Below are positions 63,219-64,000 of a DNA stretch of 64,000 nt, piece by piece. The DNA comes from a virus. Location: positions 1 through 64,000 of the IMG/VR virus record IMGVR_UViG_3300045988_115450; one strand, 5' to 3'. The notes below the pieces were generated by a model. That model ran no database searches and was not told where the DNA came from. It worked only from the letters and a program-made list of their open reading frames with translations. Made by a program: the position numbers and the translations under genes. The number at the start of each line of letters is the position of its first letter. Within the stretch, counting starts at the first letter, position 1.

Positions 63219-64000
63219 ATGAGCAACCTAATTTCTTTCCCCAACGGTACTGTCAATCCCGCCAGCAAAACTGTCAACCCCGCGTCCATCGACGTCAACT
63301 CTGTCCGCCGCTCACGGACTGCCGACAGTAGCCGTTCACGGGTACTCAAGCAGTCCGCTGCCAGCCGGATCACCGCTCAGAGCGACCAGCCGGTAGAGGT
63401 CATCACCGCACCTGACCGAGCGGCTGACCCTATTAAGAGTGTTGACGACATTCGTAAAGCGTGTTCCTACCTACTGGACAGCCATCGCTACAGAGACCAC
63501 ATGCTGCTGGTTATGGGTATCAATTTCGGCCTGCGAGTCAGTGACCTGCAGCGTCTCCGGTTCACCCACATCCTGAACGAGGACTTCTCCTTTAAAGAAT
63601 CCTTTGAGATCCTGGAAAAGAAAACTGCCTCCACCCGTAAAAGAAAAAAGAACCGCTACGTTGTCATCAACGACGCGGTCATGGACGCTGTGGAACTCTA
63701 CCTGGAACACGCTCCCTACCCCGTCAGCCTGTCTGACCTCGTGTTCCGTTCTGAGAGCAATAACCGTGGTGCTTACGAGCCTGGTCCTCTCAACAGAAGA
63801 TCCGTCAATCGTATCCTAGAAGATATCGCCGACCACTGCAATTTCGATTTCCGGTTCTCCTCTCATTCCCTCCGCAAGACATTCGGCTACCACCAAATGA
63901 TGATGTCCGGCAACGATCCTCGCAAGCTGGTACTCCTCCAGAAGATGTTCGGCCACTCCTCCATGAACGAGACCCTCTGCTATATCGGCCTCACCAAGGA
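63219..64000 (+). CDS. Second tyrosine recombinase (partial; runs off the window; not in the ORF track)
   Basis: RBS AAAGGAGG and ATG at 63219. The frame stays open to 64000. GLRVSDLQRL (Arg box), SSHSLRKTFG (HxxR) and GHSSMNETLCYIG (His/Tyr). Confidence 0.8.
   Translation, partial: MSNLISFPNGTVNPASKTVNPASIDVNSVRRSRTADSSRSRVLKQSAASRITAQSDQPVEVITAPDRAADPIKSVDDIRKACSYLLDSHRYRDHMLLVMGINFGLRVSDLQRLRFTHILNEDFSFKESFEILEKKTASTRKRKKNRYVVINDAVMDAVELYLEHAPYPVSLSDLVFRSESNNRGAYEPGPLNRRSVNRILEDIADHCNFDFRFSSHSLRKTFGYHQMMMSGNDPRKLVLLQKMFGHSSMNETLCYIGLTK

Noticed and set aside
1-64000. A CRISPR array, rRNA genes, or phage structural/lysis genes.
   Set aside because: No regularly spaced direct repeats with unique spacers were seen. 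No rRNA-like conserved stretches were seen. No capsid, portal, terminase, tail or holin/endolysin motifs were recognised. The window appears to cover only early/middle functions.

Overview
The window is almost entirely the leftward-transcribed (minus-strand) early/middle region of a large temperate phage or prophage, probably of a Firmicutes/Clostridia-type host.

**Layout, left to right**
- An att-like repeat region, then a tyrosine integrase and an excisionase-like HTH.
- A dNTP/thymidylate module: ThyX, SHMT, dUTPase, NrdD/NrdG and a dNMP kinase.
- Replication and recombination genes: DnaE-type polymerase, primase-helicase, Cas4-like exonuclease, SSB, Erf and an NAD-dependent ligase.
- RNA-repair genes: RtcB, an Rnl2-like ligase, an HAD protein and an HD protein.
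- A cluster of 10 tRNAs.
- ArdA and an IS200 insertion.
- A repeat-rich, gene-free control region with divergent consensus promoters.
- A second tyrosine recombinase that runs off the right edge.

**Selfish elements**
- Three intron-like insertions with homing endonucleases split glyA, nrdD and dnaE at conserved motifs.
- A 299-aa intein splits the Toprim motif of the primase-helicase.

**Most unusual block (about 41.4-48.9 kb)**
- It holds a retron-type reverse transcriptase.
- Two diverged copies of a structured RNA of about 345 nt are present, each with closing-stem-G geometry like a retron msr/msd.
- These bracket a minimal ThiF/E1-like enzyme, a JAB/JAMM peptidase, a beta-grasp/Ubl-like protein and a large unknown protein.
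- They also bracket five tandem paralogs that all end in the tail N/D-C-L-L/M-L.

All functional calls come from motif reading by eye. No database search or RNA folding was run.
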